Assembly: GCA_001179505.1 (NCBI GenBank)
Contig: CDMY01000493.1
Location: 1,591-65,590 of the forward strand
From: Vitrella brassicaformis CCMP3155
Lineage: Eukaryota > Protista > Chromerida
Length of the DNA: 64,000 nt
Direction: 5' to 3'
This document shows positions 52,721 through 64,000 of the stretch, piece by piece. Both the position numbers and the translations under genes were made by a program. Every line of letters starts with the position of its first letter. Within the stretch, counting starts at the first letter, position 1. Below the pieces are notes generated by a model that saw nothing but the letters and a program-made list of their open reading frames with translations, had not been told where the DNA came from and searched no databases.

Positions 52721-53175
52721 GGACAGAGGGATAGAGAGAGAGGTGTAGAGGGAGGCGCTTGTTTGGTTGGCTCTTCTTGTTTCTTACTTGTGTGTCGTTG
52801 GGTTTGTATTGGTCAGCGAATGAGAGGACGGAGAGGATGGCGTCAAGGGCCTCCATCTCCTTCTCCTCCTTGGTGGCCCTCTGCTGCTGCTGATCGCTCA
52901 TCGACGCAGCCGCACTGGCGCTGCTGCTGCTCGCCCCACCTACAACAGACAGACAAACAGACAGACAGACAGAGAGAGAGATGGGTGTGTGTGTGTTTGC
53001 ATGCGTCTCGCAGCACTCACCACGGGCGTGTCTGGTGCCTGTGGCGCTGAACAGCTGTGCTGCGAGGGGCAGCTGCATTGCGATGTAGTCTGTGTCCTCT
53101 ATGATCTTCAGCAACACGCCACGCACACTCATTCTCTGCACACAATGCCACACACACACACACACACACACACAA

Positions 53176-53208
<33 letters not shown>

Positions 53209-56200
53209 TGCACACACATATATGCCACAGACGCACTTGTCTGTAAAAGCTATCTTACAGCCTGAAGGCTCTCCTGAATGTCGTCGATGAGGTTGATGAA
53301 CTCGCGCAGCCCCCGAGTGGCTGTGCGCATGGCCTGCCTGCTCACGCCATCCACCTCCATCTCATTGTCGCCACCCACACCACCACCAGCACACAGTGAA
53401 CGCGCAGCAGACATCAATGATACACCCTTCACACAACACACACACACCAGAAGGCATATGTGTTGCTGATCGTCTTACGTGTTTTGTGTTTTGTGGTCCG
53501 TTTACCTTCGTCTGTTTCTGCTGGCCGCCGGCCCAAGCAGCAGCTGCCGCAGCCGCTGCTGGCTGTTGTTGCTCCTCCTCCTCCTCGTCCTGCTGCTGCT
53601 GCTGCTGCTGTGTCTGTGTGGCAGCGATGGCCTGCTCGAGCAGCCACTCGGCGAAGCCGTCCGTGGGCTTCTTGCCGCCACCACCCTTGTTCGTGTCGAC
53701 ACACGCGCCATACAAACCTATATTGGAAACACACACACATACACAGTGGATTGTGGGTGTATTGTGTTGTGTTGACTGGATGGTTACTTACTGAGTGCTT
53801 TGAGGGCAGCCTTCCCGAGTTGGCGAGAGGGTCTGTTGAAGACACGCAGGAATGAAGGGTCGTGGTCCTCGTCGAGCAACAGACGGCAGTAGCCCAGGAT
53901 GTCCAGCACCTGCATACCCATACCGATACACACACAAAGAGACAGACAGACAGACAGGCCATCCAATCCACGGGCGGGGTGCGTATTCGGTGTGTTGTGT
54001 TGTGTTGTATGTCACCTCAGCTCTGTTGAATGCGCTCATGTGTCTCCGTTTGCTCGACTTCTCCAGCGGGATGCTGCCCTGCCCGCCACTGATGGGTGCG
54101 TTCTCGAGCACACGCTCGATCTCGTCCAACACGGCGTTGGTGCGCGCCAGGATGGCAAAGTCGCTCCACGCCTGTAGACACCCACACACTCCACACACAC
54201 ACACACACGCACACATTGGCCCAACTTACGAGTTGTTCATCCCGCTTGATGGTGAGTATCTTGTCGGCAATGTATTTGGCCTCGGTGGTGGCGTGGCTGA
54301 GGATGTCCCACTCGACGGGCGGGCCGCTGTCGTTGGTCGTGTGCAGGTCCTTGGGGCTACGCTCCTCCGACATGGTGTGGGAAATGAGAGTAGACGAGGT
54401 GTGCACGATCTCGGGTGTGGACCGCCAGTTGCCTGGGTGTTAGTTACAGGTGCAGGCATAAGGAGAGGGAGGGGAGGGGAGGGCGAGAGACAGAGAGGTA
54501 TTTATGGGGCAGGTGTGGTGTGTGTTCTGGAGTGTCTCTTTCTCGCTGTCCCTCTCTCCCATCCTCTCCTCTCTGAGCGGTTTAGCTGGGTGTGGTTTGT
54601 TGCGTGGGCGTACACACATGATAGGTTGAGTGTGATGTGGTTCTCAAACCGTTCTTTGAACTTCTGAAACACCTGCACACAGCCGTTCCAACACACAGAC
54701 ACCCATGGCGGTTGGTTATGTGTGGGGTGTGTGTGTGTGTGTGGCCCCCCGCCCCCCCACCTACCCGTCCCTCAGCGCCCCGCCAGGCGTAGATGGCCTG
54801 GTCGTCGTCGCCAACCACACTCACACTGCCACACTGGGGGTTGAACACCTAGAGAGAGAGGCCAAGCACACGGACAGACGACACACATAGAGACGGACAT
54901 ACACACACACACACATATACATATATATATATATATACACAGACAGACAGACAGGCAGGCAGGCAGGTGTTGTTCGTTACGTTTGCGATGATGCTGAACT
55001 GGGCAAGGCTTGTGTCTTGCCACTGAATCGATTCGACGCACACATCACATCACATGGGGTGGGGGATATGAATGCACACGCCCATCGATCGACAACTGTG
55101 CATATGTGCCTGTCGAGCTGACCTCGTCGCAGAAGACGAAGGGGAACTCGCGCTGCACCTGGCCACGCACGTCCGCCCTCTCCAGCAATTTCTCCGTATA
55201 CCTACACACACCACACCCTCTCTCTCTCTCTGGGGGGTGTCTCGTCTTGTGGATGTCACACACATGATGAGGTCGGTCTGGTCAAGCAGCCTCGGGAGGT
55301 TCTCCCTGCACACACACACACACACACACACCATCCGTGCAGTGCAGCCCATTGTCAAGCTGCAAGTGTGCCCATTGCTCGAGCGCGCACTTGAGCTTCT
55401 TGTTGTATTGCTGAAATATCTTTAACTCGGTGCTCTTGCTATCCCTGGCCTGGGCGCGCCGCTGCGGATCAGTCTTGAGCCGCTTCACGATCGCCTGATT
55501 GAGACACACACACACACACACCACCTCACTCACATGTGTGTGCACAACACGCACAGCCTCTTCCTCTCTCTCTGTGTGTGGGGGGGGGGGGGGGGGGGGG
55601 GGNNNNNNNNNNNNNNNNNNNNNNNNNNNNNNNNNNNNNNNNNNNNNNNNNNNNNNNNNNNNNNNNNNNNNNNNNNNNNNNNNNNNNNNNNNNNNNNNNN
55701 NNNNNNNNNNNNNNNNNNNNNNNNNNNNNNNNNNNNNNNNNNNNNNNNNNNNNNNNNNNNNNNNNNNNNNNNNNNNNNNNNNNNNNNNNNNNNNNNNNNN
55801 NNNNNNNNNNNNNNNNNNNNNNNNNNNNNNNNNNNNNNNNNNNNNNNNNNNNNNNNNNNNNNNNNNNNNNNNNNNNNNNNNNNNNNNNNNNNNNNNNNNN
55901 NNGGGGGGGGGATGGCGTTATGTATACCAGGACGGCGTTGATTTCCTTGGCGGTGACCTTGCCGCTGTCGCGACGGGGGCGTGACTCTGCCACGATGTTG
56001 CCGTCATGGTCGTCATCGATGAGCTCCTCCTCTTGCAAATCATCTGCAGAGATGCACAACAGACATGCGCACAAATGGAGTGTGGGTGTATACGACACGA
56101 TGGCATTACATAATACCGTTTTCGGCTTGTGTGAGTGCACGTCTGACGTCGCCTTGTTGGACGTCGCCCATGGCCCGCACCTCTGTGTGCACCTCCTTGG

Positions 56201-57474
56201 CGTACTGACGCGCCTGCCAATTTGGAATGATCTGCATCGAACGAACGCAGCCGCCCAGCCACATCACACCACACACAGAGAGACAGACAAGGAGAGATCG
56301 GATGGATGGATGGAGGTGTGTGTGTGTGCAGACGCGGAAGTTGGGTTGCACGTCGATGCGCGAGCCGTGTTGGCGGAGGAGCTTCATCGAGAAGGCATGG
56401 ATGGTGTCTGACGTGATGGATGCGTCCACACACACATACACACACACACACACATCTGCGTAGGTGGGGCGGTGTGTCGGCTGGGGTGTATTGACTGACG
56501 TACTGATGTAGAGTTTGTCCTGTATGGTGAGGACCGCCTCCCGCTGCGACGTGGCGTCAGACAGACCTCCGATGCAGTTGCCTGCAGGACCGATGTGGAT
56601 GCGCACGCGTGTGTGTGCATGTGTGAGGCCCCGACTGACCTATCTCCACCATCAGACGAGCCTTCACTGCACAAACCCACACAGACAGACACAAGATGAC
56701 GATCGCCGCTCTAAAAGTCTCTCTCTGTGTGTGTGCCATGTGTGTGTGTCATATGTACTTTCGTCCGCAGCCTTTCGTGTGAAGGTCAGGGCGGCGATGG
56801 GATACGACCCCTCTCGCTGCGCACACAAACACACAGACATACGCACATTCACAGAGAGAGATCACATGGCATCCCTTCCCTCTCTCCCCCTCTCCTCCCT
56901 CTCTTTGCAGGCCCACCAGGAACCGTATGATTCGGCACAGCATGGTGATGGTCTTGCCGCTGCCCGGCCCGGCCACCACCAGCAGCGGCCTGTCCATCGG
57001 CGCATCCACAACCTGCACACACACACACACACACACGAGCGCATAGATGTGTATATGGCGTGTGGATGGGGCATGCCATGCCCACGCGGGTTCCCACACG
57101 CACACCGGTACCTGCTTCTGTTCGTCCGACAGTCGTCCGAAGAGCATGGAGGTCTCGAGCGCCAGCCCCTCCATCTGCTGCTGCGATGACATGTTCGACA
57201 TACGCCGGGCTCCTACAGACGGATGCAACGCGCCAACACGACCACGGCGAGCGCCTCCGTTGCTGGCTGCTGCTGCCGCCGCTGCTGCTCCCGATGCTGC
57301 CGGGGCGTAGTGGTGGTTGTGGCCATCATAGCCATCATCCTCTTGCCAGTCGTCGCGTTGGTTGTGAAGGTATTGGTCGGGTGCCTGCTCTACGGGCGGC
57401 AGCTGCTCGTCCGAGTTGAATGGGTCATGAGATGGGTCAATGCCATCCGTAGCGTCCCACGGGTTCCCATCCAT
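50906..57474 (-). CDS. UvrD/PcrA/Srs2-family SF1A DNA helicase with a P/Q-rich C-terminal tail, spanning an assembly gap
   Basis: LLVVAGPGSGKT, ALTFTRKAA, TIHAF, FCDE|WQDTS, VVGDDDQAIYAWRGA, NWRSTPEIV, AILARTN, VTLSTVHQAKGLEW and EERRVAYV|AFTRAK. Confidence 0.95.
55603..55901. other. Assembly gap (299 N) inside an intronic poly-G tract
   Basis: N-run flanked by G homopolymers. Confidence 0.99.
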
Positions 57475-57582
57475 GGCCAGCTGTTAACTCACACAACTCA
57501 GAGCAGCTGTCATCCGTAAACTCTGACGAATGTTGAGCTCGCGGCCGCGACAAAGGACCTTCCGGTGTTTCCTTCTCGACCA

Positions 57583-59069
57583 ATGGGTGAGCGGAGCTAT
57601 CTGCTCGGCCTCCCTGACGACGTTTCCCTCCACCTGCGGAGGTATCTCAAAGCCGACGGCTGCGGCGCCCTCCGCGCCACGTCCAGGAGCGTCGGCTGTC
57701 ATCTCGTCAATGAGGACTTCCTCACGGGCCGCCTCGACGCCGCCATCCGCACCAACGGCCTGAGCTCCGTGCTGGCTTATCGCAAGCGACACAAGACGGC
57801 CAAGGCCTTCCTCCTTCACACCCTCAAGGCCGCCTGCAGCGCCCTTCCAACCGCCATCGGCCACCTCGGCAGCCTCGCTGCGATGATTGGCTTCGCCGTC
57901 ATCGTTCTTGGCATCCTGTATGCTGTCGTTCTGTTGCCGATGCAGTGGCTGGTACGAAAGATTCTTGCCGTCTTCTTAGCGGATCACTGGCTCGCCACGT
58001 TCAAGTGGTTTGTTCCAGTGTTTGTCGGGGCTCTTCCTGGGAGCGAAATCCTTCGTATGGTCTTGCATGCGGCGCTCAAGGCGGAGTGGGCACGGCGAGA
58101 TGTGGACACGGTGACGGACATGAGTGTGTTCTTTGAGGACGCCTTCGTGTGGCTTGCTCGCCTCGTGTGGGGTGGCCTGCGGCTGGCAATCGGGATCGAC
58201 AAGCGGATGAGCCAAATCGAGTACCTTATGCGGCTGCTGTACGTCATCGAGGAGGGAGGCTGCTGGGAGCCCATCGTGCCGCTCATCCACTTCGTGAGGA
58301 ACTGCGGCATGATGCCCCTAAAGTACTGCGGCATGATGCCCTCACTGCCCATTGTTGTCACTGCGACTTGAAGGCGGTGGGCAGCAGGGCCCTCTTTGAC
58401 GCGCGGCCGGGAGCTGTGCGGCAGTACTCACCCTTCAGCCGTCGATTAGTCTCCAGCCTCCGAGTGGGCCGTGTTGGCAATCAAGACTGCCTGGGGTCGA
58501 GCGCACAGCCTATGACATACCACACGCCCAGTGTGTTGCCTTCTGCCGCATTCGACCCGCCCACCAAGTGTAAGCCAGTCAGCACATCAAGGCGATGTTG
58601 TCTTCCTGGTCTTCAACGTGTTGGTCTGTGTGCTGCCTGGCTGTCTGCCTGTCTGCCTGCAGGTGGAAACAGAGCGTACTCATCGTTCACCGACCTCATA
58701 GTCCACACAGCTGACCGTAACTGGCACGACGGACGCGTCATGATCCGACATCTGGGTGCGGATGTCCTCATGACGAGAGATGCCGAGGAGCAGCTGGCCG
58801 CGGAGGTGGGCGCCCAGCCGAGCCCCATCTGGGGGGGCTATCGCAGGGCGGCTGACATCGGTGAAGAGGAGCCTGAGAGAGAGACGATTGTGATTCTGTC
58901 TGGAGACAAGTCCATCGACGACTTTGCTGTCTACTTGACGGTATTCGGCAGCACGTGCTTCCTTGTCTTCACAACGGAGCGCTCCGCTCGCGGCAAGAGG
59001 GGCGCAGCGCTTTACCCACGCACAGTGGCACTCGTCCGTGGTGTGGTCAAGGATGTGCTGAAGGCGTAG
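57583..59069 (+). pseudogene. F-box-like family paralog (copy 2, inverted relative to 44814-46266) with a frameshift
   Basis: Highly similar to copy 1 throughout, with the same intron. A 4-bp deletion (act gc|gac ttg versus act gcc gat gac ttg) creates a TGA ending at 58371. Confidence 0.75.
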
Positions 59070-59410
59070 GCTGCGATTTGGCCGTGGCGGCAGCCTTTTG
59101 GGCCGGGCCTTCCGCACTGCCATTTGGTTGATGCTGTTGTGATAGTGCGTGTGTTGGTGCGGATTGCATGCTTCAGTGGGCTGAATGGACAGTGCATTTG
59201 GACGCGTCAGTGCGTTTAAGAGAAGGCGACAGACGACGCCCAGGCAATGATTAGATATCAAGCGGTCAGTCAAGACGCCGAGATCAAAATCCCGCCATAA
59301 ACCAAAATCGAATCGACAGATCGTCGCGCACATCCACACACACCTCAGCACATGGACACACAGCCGGGGGAAAAAGCTCCCTGTCTGCTGCGCTGCTCTT
59401 CACTCGATGC

Positions 59411-60425
59411 TTACCCTCTCCTCTCATCCGGTTTGACATAAGAGCCGTCGTCATGGTAACACGCTATCATCTCCTGCTTCTCTATCACGCCACGCTGAGG
59501 GTTCAACTGCACCCACACACGCCACACATGATGCCATGCGATGCGCACACCCCTTCATTATACACACACACAGATGTCTTCCTCCGAATAGAATACGCAC
59601 CCGTGAGCACACATAGACGTTGGCCACGATGCGCAGCAAAAGGGTGACGGTGGCTGGGCCGGTCTCCATCGGAGGGGGCGTGATGCAGGGGGTCGGGGTG
59701 GGTGTGGGGGAGCTCTCGCTGTCACGCGAGGCGTCATGTGTCGGTTGCTGGGCGGCCTTCATCCGCTGCTCGAGAGTGTCGATCAGGTCAATGGTGTCCG
59801 TCAGGCCCTCCTCATCTCGCAGCACCTGGCGCAGTGAGTCCACGGCAGCCCCGTCGCACATATTCACCACGCCGCCAGTCTCCATTCTCAGTCTTGACGG
59901 CTCTCTGAGAGTGACGGGTGCCTCCAGCAAGACACTGACCTGCTCCCTCTCGTACATCTTCGGCACACCTGCATCCATCACAGCACATGGGGGAGGGGCA
60001 CCACACACAGTCTGCAAGGAAGGGCATCAACGTGATTGGGGTTGGTGTGAGTGAGTGTGTCACCCTCAAAGTGGTCCTGACACATCAACCACATCAATCA
60101 CACCGACCAATCGCCAGGTAGCACATCAGAGATCGAAGCATGACACCCCCCCCTCTCTCCGACTGTCTGCCCATGCACTTACCAGGAATGCCATGGCGGC
60201 ATCGTCACACAGGTACACCTCGCCATGGACGTGGTGCCCCTCCTCTTTCTCCGTCGGCATGAACAGGTAGGGAATGCCGTACCGCTCGTCCAGCGACAGC
60301 CGCTGCTTGAGTGCCGTCCGCCCCGTGCCGATGAACGTGGCCTTGATGTCATCCATCACTCGGTGGTTGGGCTCCTTTCTCTTCAGCGTCCCGAACACAA
60401 ACACCACATGCTGGCGCTGCACCAT
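59411..60425 (-). CDS. GGACT: Gamma-glutamylcyclotransferase (AIG2/GGACT family)
   Basis: VFVFGTLKRKEPNH, YGIPYL, HVHGEVY and FL|DHFEG|VPKMYER, with the DHFEG part on a micro-exon at 60064-60076. The C-terminal exon frame is inferred. Confidence 0.88.
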
Positions 60426-60680
60426 GGATGGATGGTGCTCGCTTCGCTGGTCGAGTCCTCTGTTGTTTGATTGGTGCCAGTGAACAGCAGACGTCAGATC
60501 TGCAAGAGGAGAAAGGTCTTAAGCAATGAAAGGCACAGCAAAAAGGGAAAGCAGATGTAAGCTCGCAATTCCAACGATCGCATTCGGCGTTTCTGCGGCG
60601 TCTGGGCTTCCACTCCAGCAGGATCATCCGTGTGTGAAGAGGTCGTCAGTGATCTAGGTTTGTTTAAGGAAGATCTGGTG

Positions 60681-61157
60681 ATGGCGTCATCTCTGAGTGG
60701 CAAGATGCCGGCGTTTCTGCTGGACAAGGAGAACCCCATCGGGTGGGCCTTCCAGGGCATGAAGGAGTTCACGCAAGACAGCGTGAGACTGGTCAGACGA
60801 TGTACCAAACCTGACGCCAAGGGTAACTCAACACGACGCGACTCACAAGGACAGAGGAAGCCATAAGAAGGCAGCCAGCCACGTGTGTGTGTGTGTGTGT
60901 GTCTGGTGGCTATACATATACTTCAGAGTTCCGCAAGATAGCGCTAGCGTGTGCGATTGGGTTCGCCATCATGGGGTTCATCGGGTTCTTTGTCAAGCTC
61001 ATCTTCATCCCCATCAACAACATCATCATGTATGTGTGCTGCAGTGCACCACAACCCAATCCAACCACGCTCGAGTGTCTGACCTTCATTTGCTGCTTGC
61101 CTTGTCCTGTCCTGTCCTGTCCTGTTTGTTTGTCGTGGGTGCAGGGGAGGCGCGTAG
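60681..61157 (+). CDS. SEC61G: Protein translocon subunit Sec61 gamma
   Basis: [20 protein letters not shown]|[35 protein letters not shown]|GGA*. Confidence 0.97.
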
Positions 61158-61934
61158 CCACAACGACCACTGTGAAGGCGTCAGTCACATCTCCATCCAT
61201 CTATAGGCAGGGAGGGAGGGAGGGACACATCTGAGGGCCTTGACACGGCCGGCCATCAATGGCCGGTCCTTCCTGGCTTCGTCTATGCATCCCTTGGTGG
61301 GAGGGCGGAGGGGCGGGGGCGCGGGTCGGTGGGTGCGTGTGCGTGAGGTAATTTGAGAGGGGTCTTCTCTTTGATATCAGCAGACTCAGGTGGGCCGGGG
61401 ATTCTGTAGAGAGGCAGGGAGGGAGGCAGGGAGCGATGGAGGGGGGAAGGGCAACACTGCGTGTGCTGGTTGCGTGGCGTGTTGCCTTCAATGCTGCACG
61501 GTGCGTGTCGAATATGTGCATGGCTGAGAAGATGGCTGGGCTGGATGGGCTCTCGTAAGAGAGGGACCCAGACGGACGTCTGTATGTCTGTGTGGACGCT
61601 GAGTGGATGAATTAGCGGACTGATGGCTGATTTAAGCGATGCAGCGGCAGGGAGAGATGGATCGATCAGTCATCAGTCACACACAGACACACTCAAATCA
61701 TCGCCAGAGCAAGAACTCATCGCAAAAATGCACAGCACATGACATGCTCTGTTCGAGCAATTCATCCACATACCCACCACACGAAGAGAAAGAACAGACA
61801 GACATGCACACAACACACGCACGCCACACAAGACTGACTCACAGACAGAAAACACATGGACAGGACACCCTACCCTACAGGCCTCTCTGGTCTGAGCTGA
61901 ACCTTTCTTTGCAAACGTTTTGACTGCCTGCAGG

Positions 61935-63700
61935 TCATCCCGCGGCCACAACTGCACCCACTGGCTGAGTCTCCACCGAAGCATCATCGTCTTCCTCGGG
62001 CCGGCTCACGCTGCTGCTGCCCTTGTGGTCGCCATCGCCTTCTGCCGCCTGCCACTCGCCTCTCGCCGCCTGGCCTGCTATCTCGAGCTCCTTCAAATAG
62101 AGACCTGCCATCTCGTCCAGCTGCAAAGCGCCTTTCCCCCTGCACAACTCCAGCAAAGGCAGCTGCAGACAACAAGAGAGAGAGACAATGGCATGGCACA
62201 CACGGATCCGATCGTCACGGCTGTGTATCCATGCATCCATGCATCCTTTCACACCTGTAATGCCTGGCTCCATGAGAAGGACAGGTTCCACGGCCCGCTC
62301 CCTTTGGCCTTTTTCAGCCGATTGATCGCGTTCAGCCTCGCCGCGGCCGCCGTCAGGTCTTGCCCGCCGCTCAGGTAATTGGCCCCCTTCATGGCAACCG
62401 GGAAGGACTGTTCGAGGACGAACAGGTTGGCCTCAGCGATCTCGTCCACTGTGTAGGGCTTCGGACAGTCTCTGCCAGGGTTGACGATGTTGGGCTTCAG
62501 AGTGGAGCCTTGCAGATAGACGCCGTGGTCGACCATGGCTTTGAACAACCCACTCTGCACTCTGATATTGACCTCGACGGCAATCTCCAGGCCGTGAGAG
62601 CCGGAAAGGGATATATCAGGCTCTACGATCGGCATCAGGCCCTCCGACTGGCAGATCAACGCATAACGCGCCAGGTCCTGCATGTTGGCTCGAATGGCCA
62701 GGTCGGTGGGGCAGCCCTTCGCCACATCAATCACCAAAGGGCTCCGCCACCTGCACGCCACGCACCACAGCAGCAGCCACGTGACGTGTCGAGAGGCCAC
62801 ATCCACGAGAAGAGAAGCACACATTCACTGCACTGATGAGATGCAGTCTTCTCTTCTGCTTTTCTTTTGCTCACTTGGCGAATCTGGCACCCATTTTGTA
62901 GTATTCGCGACATCGGACGGCCAGCGAGTCAAGGCCTTGCATGACAGTGTCACCATTGGTGCCAGGCAATGTGTAGACCTTCAGGTGGGGCTTCACGCCG
63001 GGACAGATCCCGCGAGACGCCAAGACGTCGGCGAACAGACGGCCGTCGGTACTGCTCTTCTGATAAAGCGTCTCGGGATCCTGCAGAAGAACGAGAAATC
63101 GGTAAGCCGAGCCCCTGATGCTTTTCCGTCTTTTCTTGACCAGTATGGCTGCGGAGAGGTACTCGTCCGCCCCTGGCGCTTCGAAGAGCATCTGTCTGTA
63201 TGCTCGCCGGGTCTCCTCATCGTTGGCGATGCCCACCGCATCAAAGCGAGCCTGCGTTCATTCATCACACGGTCACACCCACAAAGTCACACGGTGTTGA
63301 TAACTGCTTGGTGTGTGTGTGGCTGCTCATCAGTACACCGATTGTGGCCGGTCCCTCATCACATGCAGTTATCCCTTTGCCTGGCGTGGCCACGGCCGCA
63401 GCAGTCCGCTGAAGCTCGGCCCTCTCCTGCACACCACACACCACACACCACACACCACGCACTTGGCAAGCGTCGTACCAGAGATGCGATGAATGAATGA
63501 ACGCCTACAGATTCAGACAGATGAGTGCCGCCGATGGCCATCCGGAGAGGCGACTGTCCACGCAAGGCGTTGTTTGTCAATGTGCCGTCCCTGGCGTGGG
63601 AGATCAGTGGTCCGCGCCTCCCATGGTGACGGATGAAAGCCTCACTGGTCGAGAGAAGTATCGCCAGCGAAGCAAAAGAGATTAGCAAAGCAGCATCCAT
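61935..63700 (-). CDS. FBA: Class I fructose-bisphosphate aldolase, divergent, with a bipartite plastid leader
   Basis: PGKGITACDEG, RRAYRQML, QGLDSL, FAK|WR, PIVEPD, TLKPN (Schiff-base Lys) and LSGGQ. Leader MDAALLISFASLAILLSTSEAF. Confidence 0.93.
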
Positions 63701-64000
63701 GTTCCTCTAACGCCCTTGGGCCCTTCTGCGGGTCCTTTGTTCACGGCGAGATTTTCGCGACGATGAGACGCCGAGAAACCCGCAAACCCTGATTTTAGAT
63801 TTTGAAAGTTTCGGCAATTTCCTCCCGCGTTCGGCTGTGCAGCCTTGTTTCAGCCACGGATCCTCCGTTTCTTGTTCTTTTGGGCTGATTTTCGGCTGAT
63901 GTTGTCCGCCTCGCCTCGTTCCACCCCTCCCAACTCGTCCGGATGTCATGGGCCACCTTTCTCCTCCACCGCCGTGCCCCGGGTGAGACCTCACCTGGCG

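Overview
Gene-dense, intron-rich eukaryotic genomic DNA with short GT-AG introns full of (CA/TG)n, (GA)n and (GGAT)n microsatellites and two 299-N gaps. Bipartite plastid-targeting leaders and these intron features suggest a chromerid alga such as Vitrella brassicaformis (inference). Exons were joined by hand, so inner boundaries are approximate. About 24 protein-coding loci were found. Recognisable ones: RPS17, plastid ferredoxin, class I fructose-bisphosphate aldolase, Sec61-gamma, gamma-glutamylcyclotransferase, UvrD/Srs2-like helicase, VIT-vWA protein, GT4 glycosyltransferase, MGAT/DGAT2-like acyltransferase, App1-like HAD phosphatase, RCC1-repeat protein, a C-terminal J-domain protein, a decayed kinase locus and an inverted pair of F-box-like paralogs. 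The standout is a 4-exon gene (31478-34313, minus) for a secreted protein of about 858 aa. It has a complete-looking zona pellucida (ZP-N + ZP-C) module, normally regarded as a metazoan extracellular polymerisation module, fused to an acidic beta-hairpin repeat domain. Other leads are a recurrent TGCGAGCT motif upstream of start codons, a plastid-targeted ubiquitin-like protein, and an intron flanked by a 13-bp direct repeat. No rRNA, tRNA, CRISPR array or intact transposon was seen.
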